The notes: generated by a model from the sequence alone, not told the origin. A stretch of 51,684 nucleotides of DNA from Octopus sinensis (GCF_006345805.1 NW_021834016.1:1-51684), one strand, 5' to 3'. Positions 1 through 12,896 are shown, counted from the stretch's first letter. Numbers and translations: made by a program.

Positions 1-272
1 AAAATTTGGAATGAAGAATTTTAATTAGAGCTCTTTCCCTCTTTACACAACCTAACAAAAATTCTAATCATGACACATTTGTCCCTTACTACTCATGTTT
101 ATGCCCAGATTCCAAAATCCTAATCTTATGGAACCTATTCCAAGGGCTTTTGCTCCTGAAAAATGGAGCTGATGGAGCTCTAAAATGTGGGAGTTAAGGC
201 CCTTATTGGAGGAGTGGGGGTGTCTGAAAGTCAACTAGAGTAGTTAAATTGTTAGGAATCTTTTAACTTACT

Positions 273-677
273 TTTTACTCTTTTACTTGTTTCAGTCATT
301 TGACTGCGGCCATGCTGGAGCACCGCCTTTTTAGTCGAAGAAATCGACCCTCAGGACTTATTCTTTGTAAGCCTAGTACTTATTCTATCGGTCTCTTTTG
401 CCGAACCGCTAAGTTACGGGGACGTAAACACACCACCATCGGTTGTCAAGTGATGTTGGGGGACAGACACAGACACACAAACACACACACACACACATAA
501 ATATACATATATACGACGGGCTTCTTTCAGTTTCCGTCTACCAAATCCACTCACAAGGCTTTGGTCGGCCTGGGGCTATAGTAGAAGACACTTGCCCAAG
601 GTGCCACGCAGTGGGACTGAACCCGGAACCATGTGGTTCTTTAACAAGCTACTTACCACACAGCCACTCCTACGCCT
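273..677 (-). mobile_element. tRNA-headed SINE, family 1 (CORE-like centre, internal (CA)n, (AGTAAAAG)n-like tail)
   Basis: Minus strand begins AGGCGTAGGAGTGGCTGTGTGG (A-box-like) and has GGTTCAGTCCC (B-box-like), then CCTTGGGCAAGTGTCTT resembling the CORE/MIR motif. Near-identical copies at 6092-6483 and 42100-42490. Confidence 0.85.
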
Positions 678-1294
678 ATGGGTCTTATATCTATTGAATG
701 TTCACTGGGTTTGTAAAAGAGAGCAAAGCTATAGGAAACCAAAAGACGAATGATCACAATAAGCAGTCAGCTACCCTACCCTCATCGTTACTACTCCCCA
801 ATGTAGGATTCCTCACCATTCAGGTGACGGGCACAACCATAAGATGCATTCCGGATCTATAGCAATTGGAAGGATGTAGGGAAAGTGTCACCTCTGGAGT
901 TTGCCAATTATCACTATGCCGATAAGTAACTAGACAAAATAAATTTGAAATCTATAAATCTCTTTGAATAACCAGTCACTTATCTGCGAAGGCCTTGAAA
1001 TCAATGTTCACATCTGAGGACTATCTCTGACCCAGTGAAAATAAAAAGACCCAAAGGAGATCTGCAACCAAATAACTTTACTCAACACTTTGGAGGCAAA
1101 TATTCTCCTCCTTTACTTGACAATTTATTCACCACATTGCAGAAATCACAATCTAAGTATATCCCAAAGCAAACTCTTACACTGTTGTACCATTGAATTA
1201 CAAATAACGGTCATCTTTTATGCTCGGGTGACCCTACAGCTTCCAAGTGTACAATTGTATTCATCTTGACTTTAAATAAATGAGTAAATTGTAG

Positions 1295-1331
<37 letters not shown>

Positions 1332-1335
<4 letters not shown>

Positions 1336-2000
1336 GGTATGTAGAAAAATACAACATGGACAAGAACGTATAACTCTTAGAAGACGATACAATAAACACG
1401 GACAGGACATTCGAAACCCTCAGTCTTCAGTCAAGAACCGGATCATCGTAGTAATTTCGGCTGATTAATCTTGAGATTACTAGATCACGGCCAGCCCTCC
1501 AAGAAAAACTAAGCAACGAGCATTAGAAAAACTAAGCTAGGAGCGTAGATTTCCTGGAAGAAGGATCGAATGCATACGGACACCAGGACAGCAAAAGGGA
1601 CGAATATAAAAAAACAAAAAAATAATGGAATACAGAAACATGAAATACAGAAGCATTAACGGTGAAAACAGCAACAAGTGTCTTACGACTGATAACAAGC
1701 ATATATATATATATATACATAAAAGAGTTGCGGAATGGATCAGATAAGACCCGGATCTTAGCTATTCCATTCCGTAAATCTATATTTCGCATATATGTAG
1801 AAGATATGTAGAAGGTTGAAAAGGAACACACGACTTGATATATATGGAAAAAAAGTCAAAGTAGAAAATGCTAAAATAATTTTATAAAAAACATTTCAGT
1901 ACCGGTTTCAGTCATTGAGACTTTTTCAACTGTAAGTATGGAAAACAATTAAATTTTGGAAAAATTAAATGAAAAGTTTTTGAAAGAATTTTTGCATAGA
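1332..2000 (-). mobile_element. Probable PLE pseudo-LTR remnants
   Basis: Non-coding segments next to (TA)n that contain the hammerhead motif at 1894-1935. Boundaries approximate. Confidence 0.4.
1894..1935 (-). ncRNA. Minimal hammerhead ribozyme motif, U3-A8 core variant
   Basis: Minus strand: TTACAG TTGAAAA AGTC TCAAT GACT GAAA CCGG TA CTGAAA. Stem I, core, 4-bp stem II, GAAA, palindromic ACCGGT stem III, UA site, stem I'. Confidence 0.6.
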
Positions 2001-2094
2001 ATTCAAATACAAGGGACATTTTCCTTGTTTCTGTCTGTCTCTGTCTCTCTTGTTTACTCTTGTGGGTTCGAGGTCGTTGTGAATTCATGGCAGG

Positions 2095-2200
2095 GAAGAA
2101 GAAGAAGAAGAAGAAGAAGAAGAAGAAGAAGAAGAAGAAGAAGAAGAAGATGGAGAAGAAGAAGAAAGAGGATGAGGAGGAAGAGGAAGAGAAGGAGAAG
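2095..2200. repeat. (GAA)n / purine-rich tract
   Basis: Direct reading: GAA repeats grading into GAG/GGA. Confidence 0.95.
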
Positions 2201-2703
2201 AATGAAGGAGTGCCGTGATTGTAGTAGGATGTTAAATGGTCAAGTGCCCTGAAAGTGACTTGTTGTGGATGGTAGTAGTGATTGAATTCTTGAGACATCT
2301 CTTTTGAATGTATTGTTTATAAAATTTGCGTTGGTGTTATTCTAACCAGCAACAGTGGTAAAGTTAGGAAGGAGGTGGCGGAGGGGAAGAAGACGAAGAA
2401 GAAGAAGGAGAAAGGGAAGGGAGAATAAGAAGGAATGTAGGTGGTATGATTGCAGTAGGATGTTAAATGGTAAAGTGACCTAAAAGTGACTCGTTATGGA
2501 TTATAGCAGTGATTGGAACTGTTTTTTAATGAATTCTTGGGAATCTCTTAAGTGTATCATTTTTAATATTTGCGTGTGATGAGGACAAATATCCGTCAAA
2601 TGTAAATAATATATATGTACACACACACACACACACACATACACATAGTAGAAATGTGTTACAAAAAGAAAATATAAAATATAAAATACACGTGGAAATG
2701 TAA

Positions 2704-2877
2704 GGGGAAAATAAGAAAAATCAACGAAAATGCACATTGTAAATAAAAATAGAAAAGGCTTTTTATGAAAGGTAACGACAGATATATACATGTATATATC
2801 TGTCGTTACCTTTCATAAAAATCCTTTTCTTTTTTATTTACAATGTGCATTTTCGTTGATTTTTCTTATTTTCCCCC
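2704..2877. repeat. About 174-bp near-perfect palindrome with no spacer (centre ATACATGTAT, 2790/2791)
   Basis: GGGGAAAATAAGAAAAATCAACG...GACAGATATATACA|TGTATATATCTGTC...CGTTGATTTTTCTTATTTTCCCC, with few mismatches. Confidence 0.9.
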
Positions 2878-2890
2878 TATATATATATAG

Positions 2891-3066
2891 ATCGTTAGCC
2901 ACTACACACATTTTTTCTCTCCTTGTTTTTTTCTGTTTCCCTTTCAGTAGAAGAGCGTAAGCTCGAAACGTAAAAGACTTTATCTATTCCTGAGCGTTAT
3001 ACTAATACACCTGTTTATTTTGTACACCACCTGCCTTCGTCTTTTGTTTTTCGTAAACTCTCCCTA
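2891..3066 (+). mobile_element. PLE pseudo-LTR fragment (GAGC-stem family) with degenerate hammerhead at 2941-2978
   Basis: Homologous to 22037-22233 (the 3' end of a PLE) and 41902-42077. Motif CTTT CAGTAGA A GAGC GTAA GCTC GAAA CG TA AAAG. Confidence 0.75.
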
Positions 3067-3072
3067 TATAAG

Positions 3073-3181
<109 letters not shown>

Positions 3182-3206
3182 TGTATGTATGTATATATAT
3201 GCATGT

Positions 3207-3237
<31 letters not shown>

Positions 3238-3244
3238 ACTGTAT

Positions 3245-3520
3245 GATCCAGGGATTGAGGTGCAAGAAGAAAGTATTCTTCATGCAATCCATAGTAGATA
3301 TAAAACAACAATTTGTAGGGACTGTAGTGGTTTATTGAGACAGAAGGTTGTGGATTTCTTTTGTATCGAAGTACGATAAACAGAAAAAGTTCCTTTTATA
3401 TTTCACGGTAGGTGAACAGGGTTGCCAGCTGTCCGTGTACGAATTCAAGAGTTTCTGAATGGAGTAGATTAGATCCTAGCTGTAACCCTGATCTTGTCTG
3501 CGCCATTCTGTAACTCTTGC
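3245..3520 (-). mobile_element. Dispersed repeat, possibly a PLE 5'-ORF/pLTR piece (diverged copy at 4193-4410)
   Basis: Shared GATCCAG...TTTATTGAGAC.GAAG.TTGTGGATTT...TATATTTCACGGTAGG...TAACTCTTG in both copies. Lies downstream of the 3633-3704 hammerhead on minus. Class assignment is inference. Confidence 0.4.
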
Positions 3521-3632
3521 CTATATATATATATTGATAAAAAAGGTAAGACAACAAAAGAAAGAAAGAGACCTCGATATTATGTAGATAGAGGAATTTA
3601 TCTGTAAATGTAATATGTGACAATTATTCGGT

Positions 3633-3704
3633 AGCCATTATAAAACTCCGAGTTTCGGATGCCGAGGTGGAAAACCACGCCTCCATCTCTTCAGTTATCC
3701 GGCC
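3633..3704 (-). ncRNA. Type-I hammerhead ribozyme motif (CUGAAGA core)
   Basis: Minus strand: GGCC GG ATAA CTGAAGA [GATG GAGG CG TGG TTTT CCA CCTC GG CATC] C GAAA CTCGGAG T T TTAT AA TGGCT. One unpaired C before GAAA. Confidence 0.6.
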
Positions 3705-3970
3705 ATTTTTCCAATGGCCGAAGAGATGGCGGTGTGGTTTTCCACCTCGGATAGATATATCACTGAGAACAATAGATTTAGTTGGCGGTCTTGTTATCTC
3801 TATTCTAGCTTTTGTTGAAGTAGAAGAGGTTAGAAAAGGTCAAGTAGTGAAAACATTATTTCGGCCTAGCTAAAGGCATCTGGAAAACGTAAAACTGCTG
3901 TCAGAGAAAAACCATTGTTCCACCGTGGGAAAAGTTCTGAAGCAGTGTTAATTTAAATTTGGCTATAGTG

Positions 3971-4179
3971 GATCATTTTGGCCGCTATGGGTTTTGCACT
4001 AAATCACTAAATCATCCATAACTTTTATCCTCTCAAATTACACCAAAATCTCAGACAATAACAATTAATATCGTATTAATTGTGTGTGAAAATTATAGAA
4101 ACTAAAACAAATTTGATAAAAACTTATACCTACTTTTCTGACAAAGACAATGCCGTCCTGAACATTTTGGCCGCAACTG
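3971..4179. mobile_element. Solo terminal inverted repeat of the Tc1 family seen at 18127-19302
   Basis: Closely matches 19089-19302, ends ...CATTTTGGCCGCAACTG followed by TA. Confidence 0.85.
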
Positions 4180-4408
4180 TATATAAATCTAAGATCCAGT
4201 GACCGAGGTCTAAGAATAAAGTTATCTTCAAGCAATCCGTATTAAATATTACAAAAAAAATCTTTTAGAGACAGCGCTTTATTGAGACGGAAGTTTGTGG
4301 ATTTTTCTCGTATCGAAGATAAGCTGAAGAAGTTGTTTTTATATTTCACGGTAGGCGACCAGGTTTGCCGGGTGTCCGAATAAAAATACAGGGTTTACTC
4401 CATAACTC

Positions 4409-4454
<46 letters not shown>

Positions 4455-4929
4455 ATAAACGAGAGTACTACATGAGTAGCTGCATCGCTAAAAACAGAAG
4501 TCAAAAATATTTTTCTGCCACGGATCTGTCACAAATCTAATACAGGCATGGTAGGAAAACATTCCAGTGAACAATAAAATCGTCTTACCTCTGCTAGGTG
4601 AGCACAAGTAAAGCTGGTCAACTGATGCCATGGTTTTGAAATTAGTACCAAAATGGTGCCTGTTTCTCTTCAGTCACAATCAGTCAGCGAACTAATACTA
4701 AAATTTTCCCCACCTTACCTGAAAAACTCGTTTGAAGTGATCAAACACTATTTAAACAAACAAAATACGTGAAACTATCTATAAGTAAATATAAGAGCGA
4801 TTGTACTACTAAAATGTCATCAGTAGTAGTAAGCGAATATCAGCTGTACAGGCAAATTAATAGAATATATACATACAATATAAAACATGTACTTACATGT
4901 ATATATACACGTGGGTGGTACATAAATAA

Positions 4930-5197
4930 CTGCATCGCTAAAAATAGAGGTCAAAAATACTTCTCGGGCACGGAACAGTCACAAATCTAATATACGCATG
5001 GCAGGAAAAAAATCCTGTGAACAATATAATGGTCTTAGCTCTGCTAGATCAGCACGAGTAATTCTGGTCAATCTGACACCTGGGTTTCGAAATTAGCACA
5101 CAAAAGTGCCTGTTTCTCCTCATTCAGAGTCTGGCAGATACCTACTACTAAAGCCATAGCAGAGACGTATTTTTGACTTCTATTTTCAACGATGCAG
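4930..5197. mobile_element. MITE with about 31-bp TIRs; diverged partial copy at about 4480-4700
   Basis: Left CTGCATCGCTAAAAATAGAGGTCAAAAATAC versus reverse complement of right end CTGCATCGTTGAAAATAGAAGTCAAAAATAC. TA lies one base outside each end. No ORF. Confidence 0.8.
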
Positions 5198-5281
5198 GTA
5201 CTCATGCAGTACCCTCATATATATATATATATATATATAGTAAGCATATATATATATATATATATATGTATATATGTAGAC

Positions 5282-5343
<62 letters not shown>

Positions 5344-5347
5344 TATA

Positions 5348-5391
<44 letters not shown>

Positions 5392-5601
5392 ATACACACA
5401 TATATGTATGTATGTGTATGTATATATACATAGATAGATATATGTAACAACAACAATGCACAAAGACAATCTTATCTTTATTTCAGGTCACACCAAAAAC
5501 CAGCCATTATTTTAATTGCAGTAACTCACACACACACGCACACAACACACACACACCACACACACACACACCACACACACACACATACTAACATATGCAT
5601 A

Positions 5602-5632
<31 letters not shown>

Positions 5633-5717
5633 AATATATATATATATATATATATAATATTATATATATATATATATATATACACATGTATATATTCTTT
5701 TTATATGTTTGAGATAA

Positions 5718-6703
5718 TTGACTGCGGCCATGCGCGGCAAGGCCGTTAGTCGAACACTCCAAAAATTCTCTTGTAAGCCTGGTACTTAATTCTACCGATA
5801 TCTTTTACAGAACCGCTAGGTTACGGAGACATAAACACACCAACGTCGGTTGTCAAGCGATGGTGGGGGCATAACTCCCGCCACACAGGCACACCCGCGC
5901 AAACACACATACACACATAAACGACAGTCTTCTTTCAGTTTCGCTCTACCAAATCCACTCGCAAGGCGTTGGTCGGCCCGGGGCTATAGTGGAAGACACT
6001 ACTAACTAGGAAAATATGTGTGTGTGTCTCCGTGTGTTTTTGCGCGCGCTTCTGTATGTGTGTGTGTGCGTACCATATATATACACTCTCTCTTTTCTCT
6101 TTTACTTGTTTCAGTCATTTGACTGCGGCCATGCTGGAGCACCGCCTTTAGTCGATCAAATCGACCCCGGGACTTATTCTTTGTAAGCCCAGTACTTATT
6201 CTATCGGTCTCTTTTGCCGAATCGCTACGTGACGGGGACGTAAACACACCAGCATCGGTTGCCAAGCGATGCTAGAGGGACAAACACACACACACACACA
6301 TATATATATACACATATACGACAGGCTTCTTTCAGTTTCCATCTACCAAAATCCACTCACAAGGCATTGGTCGGCCGGGGCTATAGCAGAAGACACTTGC
6401 CCAAGGCACACGCAGTGGGGACTGAACCCGCAACCATCTGGTTGGTTAGCAAGCACTACTTACCACACAGCACTCCTGTGCCTATATATATATATTCTTT
6501 TACTCTTTTACTTGTTTCACTGATCTGAGCGGCAATGCTGGATCACCAGCTTTAATCGAATAAATCGATACAGGAATTATTCTTTGCACGCTGGTACTTA
6601 TTATTCTACCAATGTTTTTGCCGAACTGCTAAGTGTCGGGGACATAAATACACCAAACAACGGTTGTCAAGCGAAGAGGGACGGGGGACAAACACTGACG
6701 CAA

Positions 6704-6748
<45 letters not shown>

Positions 6749-7832
6749 ATATATGGTATGTATGATGCAATGGGATTCTTTCAGTTTCCATCTACCAAAT
6801 CCACTCTCAGGGCTTTGGTCGATCCGAGGCTACAGTGGGAGACACTTGCCCCATGGTGCCACGTAGTAGGACTGAACCCAGAACTATGTGGTTGGTAAGC
6901 AAGGTTCTTACGAAACAGCCACTCCTGCACCTATATATATACATAATACATATATATATATATATATAGATATATATATATATATTATATATATATATAC
7001 GTATAGCATATAAGAAAATAGAGTGGATACCAAACGGCAAACATCATCCGGTAGACGTTCCCGTGTGTCTATTTATTCCAAAGCATTAGAAAGTATTAGA
7101 AGAAGAAAACAACCACATGTAGTAACCATGTGTTACACACACATGTATTAATATTACAGGAAAGAGCAAACGGTCAGTTCCTTACGGCCGTTTCTGCTAA
7201 GAGGCAACGAAATCCTCCATGCCATCTCCATCTCTTCAGTGTTCTGTAGGGATGGGCAGATAAGGTTTGGATGATGAGTGTGCCTCCAGCTTCTTCAGAT
7301 GGTCTAAGTGGTTAGGAGGGGTAATACATATAATTAACAATTAACAATAGGTGCAGTGTATTTGTCATTATAGAAAAGAGCCGAAAAACAATAGGAGCAA
7401 ACATGAGACTGTGAGAGAAGGACAACTTATTGAAATGAATTAGGTACAGAAAGGGGAAATAAGCTACGAACTTCCCTTGGTGTAATCCAGGATCCATGTT
7501 ATTCCATCCAATGGGGGATAGCTGAGTATAGTCGTTCTTGGGAGGAATTTTTAGGAAGGGCGAATTTAGGCATTAGTTCACATTATGTTTGCATAGAAAT
7601 AAAGTGGTGGATTTGAAGGAATGGTCCGTGTTACAGAGGTGAAAGTTCATATGTAAAGTACCAGCTAGTAGGTTCGAATTTGCGGATGGAATGGCATAAG
7701 CAGCCTATGATGGGGAACTTATCACGGGAAAATTTGGTATATAAGCGTACTAATGAGAGTAAGGAACCAGATGGTGACTAAAAGGCACTATCCCTTTGTT
7801 GGTTGGCTTCACAACCTCTAACTCTCAGAGAA

Positions 7833-7867
<35 letters not shown>

Positions 7868-8045
7868 GTATGTATGTATGTGACGGGATTCTTTCAGTTT
7901 CCATCTACAAATCCACTCACAAAGCTTTGGTCAGTCCGAGGCTATAGTGGAAGACACTTGCTCAAGATGCCACGTAGTAGGACTGAACCTAGAACCATGT
8001 GTTGATAAGCAAGCTACTTACCACACAGCCACCGCTCCTGCGCCT
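5718..8045 (-). mobile_element. Cluster of four family-1 SINE copies (5718-6000, 6092-6483, 6497-6932, 7882-8045)
   Basis: Each aligns by eye to 273-677. All are on minus and separated by (TA)n/(CA)n and other fragments. Confidence 0.85.
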
Positions 8046-8635
8046 ATATATATATTATATATATATAATATATATATATATCTATATATATATATATATA
8101 TATATACAGAAACTATATTATTAAAATTAATAATTTTAATGGCGGTGCATCAGCATGGCCGCAGTTCTGACCTGAAACTAAAAAAAATACATATCATCGA
8201 AAATATATTTGTTTGTTTGTATGAGTGTGTGTGTGTGTGCATATGTGCGTGCGTGTGTGATATATATATATATACACAATATTAAAATTTATAATATCTA
8301 CGAAACTATGTTTGTGTGTGTGTTTGTGTGTGCGTGTGTTTGTGTGTGCGTGTGTTTGTGTGTGCGTGTGTTTGTGTGTGTTTGTGTGTGTTTATGTGTG
8401 TATGTGCGTATGTTCGTGCGAGCGTGTGTGTGTGAAAGCGCTTGGCTCAGTGGTCAGTTTATTCGGCTCCCGATCATACGGATATTTTGTCGGTCGCGAG
8501 ATCTATCTGGATTTTTGCAGAAGATCAGCATGGAGAAAAAAAAAGAAGAAAAAAACCTAATATCCTTAGATGCCAAGAACTTTCCTAAGTATCTTAGCTG
8601 TCCCTAATAACACTGATTTCTGGAGAGAGGGGGAC

Positions 8636-8716
<81 letters not shown>

Positions 8717-8869
8717 CAGAAATAGAATAGTTGTCAGCCGTAATTTATGCATAAATTAAAACTTACAGCTTAATTGACAGGGAAGTCGTCACGGTGTTTA
8801 CGTTCGGTCTGGGTAAACATCCTAAACCAGCGAAGCAATAATAAAAGTGATTGTAATTATTATATCGGT

Positions 8870-9052
8870 TTCAAAATTTGGTACAAGGCCAGCAACTTCG
8901 GGCGAGGCTGTCACTCGTTTGTAACGACCACAGTGCTTGACTGATCGACCTTGAAATGATGAAAGGCAAATTTGAACTCCTGACGTACAGACAGATGAAA
9001 CGCGGCAAAACATTTCACCAGACGTGCAAGCGATTCCGCCAGCTCGACGCCT
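8870..9052 (-). mobile_element. Degenerate family-2 SINE (Meta-domain-like)
   Basis: TGATGAAAGGCAAA...TTTGAACTC...GATTCCGCCAGCTCG matches 47263-47478. Confidence 0.6.
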
Positions 9053-9391
9053 CACACTCGATTAAAATCAAGAATTGCTCACAGTAAAACTCACAGAGAC
9101 TTTGAAATTATACTGCATCCTCTCTCCTCTCCCTGGTGTAAAGAGGAATCAGAAAGTTTTTAATATTTTTTTATCTAAACGAGGATGTGTATGAATTATA
9201 TTTATAGTTTTTGGGGGGTTTTCTGTACTTAGTTATTTGAAGTGCTGGTCTAGTACCTCTGTTAAGTTCCGTCTTTCTCAACAATATGAGCCAGAAAGAT
9301 ACGAGATGGCTACTTAAATGAATGAACTTAAATGAAAGAGAAGAGCAGTACTTCAGATAATGTTATTCAATAAATGTCTCTTTTATATTAG

Positions 9392-9621
9392 GTTATCCCT
9401 ATTGTTATCGGAGCATTGGTTTCAATATCGGCCAATCTGAAAAAAATATCTGAAAACTTTAGGAACAGCCTACAATCTAGGTGTATTGCAAAAGTCGACA
9501 TTAGCTGGTACTGCATGCCTATTGCGTAAAATGCTGTCTGTCTGAGGTCCTTGTTGTGACTTGACAAATAGTACGATATCTTCAATGAACAACCTCACAA
9601 TATTGTATGCTGTGCGTCATG
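9392..9621 (+). mobile_element. R4/Dong-type LINE, extreme 3' fragment plus 3'UTR
   Basis: With indel repair it reads VIPIVIGAL.SISANLKKYLKTLGTAYNLGVLQKSTLAGTACLLRKMLSV* (stop 9543-9545). The UTR runs into (AAT)n. Confidence 0.75.
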
Positions 9622-9717
9622 TATAATAATAATAATGATAATAATAATAATAATAATGATGATGATAATAATAATAATGATAATAATAATACTAATATAA
9701 TAATAATAATAATAATA

Positions 9718-9748
<31 letters not shown>

Positions 9749-9839
9749 AATAATAATAATAATAATGATAATAATATATAAAATAATAATAATAATAATA
9801 ATGATAAAAATAATGATGATGATGATAATAATAAAAATA

Positions 9840-9871
<32 letters not shown>

Positions 9872-9876
9872 TGATG

Positions 9877-9913
<37 letters not shown>

Positions 9914-10146
9914 TAATAATAATAATGATAATAATGATAAAATATGATGATGATAATAATAATACTAATATAAAATATAATATAATAATAATAATGATAA
10001 TAATAATGATAAAATGATAAAAATAATGATGATGATGATGATGATAATAATAATAAGATAATAATATAATAATAATAATAATGATAATAATAATAATGAT
10101 AATAATGATAAAAATAATGATGATGATGATAATAATAATAATAATG

Positions 10147-10182
<36 letters not shown>

Positions 10183-10190
10183 TAATAATG

Positions 10191-10244
<54 letters not shown>

Positions 10245-10283
10245 TATAATGATAATAATAATAAAATAATAATAATAATACAA
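9622..10283. repeat. (AAT)n array with GAT variants
   Basis: Direct reading. Confidence 0.97.
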
Positions 10284-11777
10284 ATATTTAGGGATAAATG
10301 AAGGCTCTGGTATTCAGCATGCAAGCATGAAAGAGAAAATCAGGAAGGAATGTTATAGGAGAGTTCGTGCGTCCTGAAATCTGATCTAAATGCACGTAAC
10401 AAGGTGTTAGCTATAAATTCCCTAGCAGTTCCAGTTGTTACTTATAGCTACAATGTGTTGAACTGGAATATGAGTGAAGTAAAGAATATAGATAGAAAAA
10501 TAGCAAGCTGCTGAGTTGTAATAGGATGCACCACCCAAAGCAGACGTAGATCGCCTTTACCATTCCAGAGCCCAAGGAGGTCGAGGCCTGATCCAATTTG
10601 AACTAGCTTACAAAACAACCACATTGGACTGGCAAATATCTCGAAATATCGAATGACTGGATGCTAAAGCTCGTGGAACATCACGAGAGACGAAAGAAGC
10701 TTCATTCTATCATAAAGGAAAGCAAAAAATTTGCTATTGATCTCGTGCAGGATACCCAAACTGAACAACCCGAGGAAGTACGGCAACTATTGTTGCAAAG
10801 AAGGTGAAAATGATGGCAATGTAAAAAGCGCACGAGCAATTGGCTGATAGGTGGAGGAGAAACCTCTCCACGGCAAATATGTGACCCGCAGCAAACAAGC
10901 TGATGTTGACCAGGAGCAAACCCATCAGTGGCTGCGGAGCTCAGGGCTCTAAAAGCAGAGAGCGAAGGTTTCATCCTGGCTGCCTCAAGACCAAAGCCTA
11001 TTAACCCGGAAACTACCAGGCCAATGTGATGAAAAATGGAGCAGACCCAAAATGCCGATTCTGCAACGACATGATTGAAACAGTGGACCACCTAATCTCT
11101 GGATGTAAGTCTTAGCACCAGTTGAGTATAAATAAGACATGACAGAGTTGGCCAATATCTCCACTGGCTAATAAGTCGGCATTACATATCAAAACTGCCG
11201 ACAAGTGGTATAATCACCACCCTGAGGCTGTAACTGAAGGAGAAAATGTAACCATTCTGTGGGACTTTCCAGTACATACAGACCGAACCATCAAGGCCAA
11301 TAAACCAGATATTGTTGTGAAAGACCAAAACAATAAAGTTTGCTTATTGATCGACATGAGCATCCCCTGTGATCATAATATCTCAGCGAAAGAGTTTGAC
11401 AAGCTCAGAAAATATAAAGACCTACTCATTGAAATTGAGAAAATGTGGCATCTCAAGGCGGTTACAATACCAGTGATCGTAGGGAGCACTAGAATGATCA
11501 AGAAGGGAACCGCAAAATTATATGAGAATGATCCCTGGCTTACATCCCTGCAAGAAGTGCAAAAGATTGTCTTAACTGGTACATCACACGTATTGAGAAG
11601 AGCATTGTCGATGTGAGAACTGTTGCTGCTCATGTATTTAAAAAAAAAAAAAAAAAATTAACGAACTACTGAGTTTGGTTTAATGGCCTACCAATATACA
11701 CTATGAGTTTCTTTGCCCTAGGAGTCGGGAAGACACTCGGCAAGAAATGGAAGAAAATTTGAAAGAAGAAAAAAAAA

Positions 11778-11779
<2 letters not shown>
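10284..11779 (+). mobile_element. 5'-truncated R4/Dong-type LINE (RT thumb, CCHC knuckle, restriction-like endonuclease), frameshifted
   Basis: YKYLGINEG...MHHPKADVDRL...CRFCNDMIETVDHLISGC...RHDRVGQYLHW...KPDIVVKD...LIDMSIP...KLRKYKDL...GTSHVLRRALSM*. The 3'UTR ends in (AAT)n. Confidence 0.9.
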
Positions 11780-11811
<32 letters not shown>

Positions 11812-11855
11812 TGATGATGATAATAATAATAATAATATTAATAATAATAATAATG

Positions 11856-12192
11856 ATGGGGAGCATCATAGCCATGTGTTGAGAGATATTTTTTGGGGCT
11901 TGAATAATTCACCTCTGGAAACATGGGTGTTTTGTTCATCATCCTTAAACAACCCTTATTCAGGGACCCTTTGAGCGGGATGGGTTACTCGACCAGAAGA
12001 AAATTCTAACTTGGCCCCACCTGCAAGGTCATGCGCTGTTTATCTTGATATGAGACCACCATGTCGTGCACACATGGTTGTGATGTATGTGCCTGGTGTA
12101 CCCTTATCGGACAGGTAGTCATGATGGGTATACCGGGCTTCGTATATTTTACCCCAGTGTCACTTTGATGGCATGCAACCGCCTCTCACTCA
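11856..12192 (+). mobile_element. 5'-truncated copy of the non-coding (AAT)-tailed element (longer copy 25538-26091)
   Basis: GGGGAGCATCATAGCCATGTGTTGAGAG...GTCACTTTGATGGCATGCA..CTCTCACTCA is shared. Both ends abut (AAT)n. Confidence 0.85.
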
Positions 12193-12247
12193 AATAATAA
12201 TAATAATAATAATAATATAATAATGATAAAATAACTGTGATGATGAA

Positions 12248-12280
<33 letters not shown>

Positions 12281-12439
12281 TAATAATAATAATAATAATA
12301 ATAAATGATGATGATGATAATAATAAAATAATAATAATAATAATAATATAATATATTGAAATAATAATAATTATAATAATAATAATAATAATAATAAAAT
12401 AATAATAATAATGATGATGATGATAATAATATAATAATA

Positions 12440-12471
<32 letters not shown>

Positions 12472-12668
12472 TAATAATAATAATGATAATAATGATAAAA
12501 AGATGATGATGATAATAATAATAATAATGATAATAATATAATAATAATAGAATAATAATAATAATATGAAATAATAATAATAATAATAATAATATAATAA
12601 TAATAATGATAAAAATAATGTATGATGATGATAATAATAATAAAATAATAATAATAATAATGATAATA

Positions 12669-12708
<40 letters not shown>

Positions 12709-12769
12709 TAATAATAATAAAATAATAATAATAATAATAATAATGATGATGATTGATGATAAAATAATA

Positions 12770-12814
<45 letters not shown>

Positions 12815-12896
12815 TATTAATAATAATAATAATGATGATGATGATAATAATAATAATAATAATAATAATATAATAATAATAATAATGATGATGATG

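Noticed and set aside
1395-1500. Further hammerhead-like words (CTGAAGA...CGAATGTC and CAGCCGAAATT on minus)
   Set aside because: Stems II and III could not be placed in register.
2095-2200. Arg-rich ORF 1956-2252 and Phe-rich ORF 1912-2298
   Set aside because: Both derive from the (GAA)n tract.
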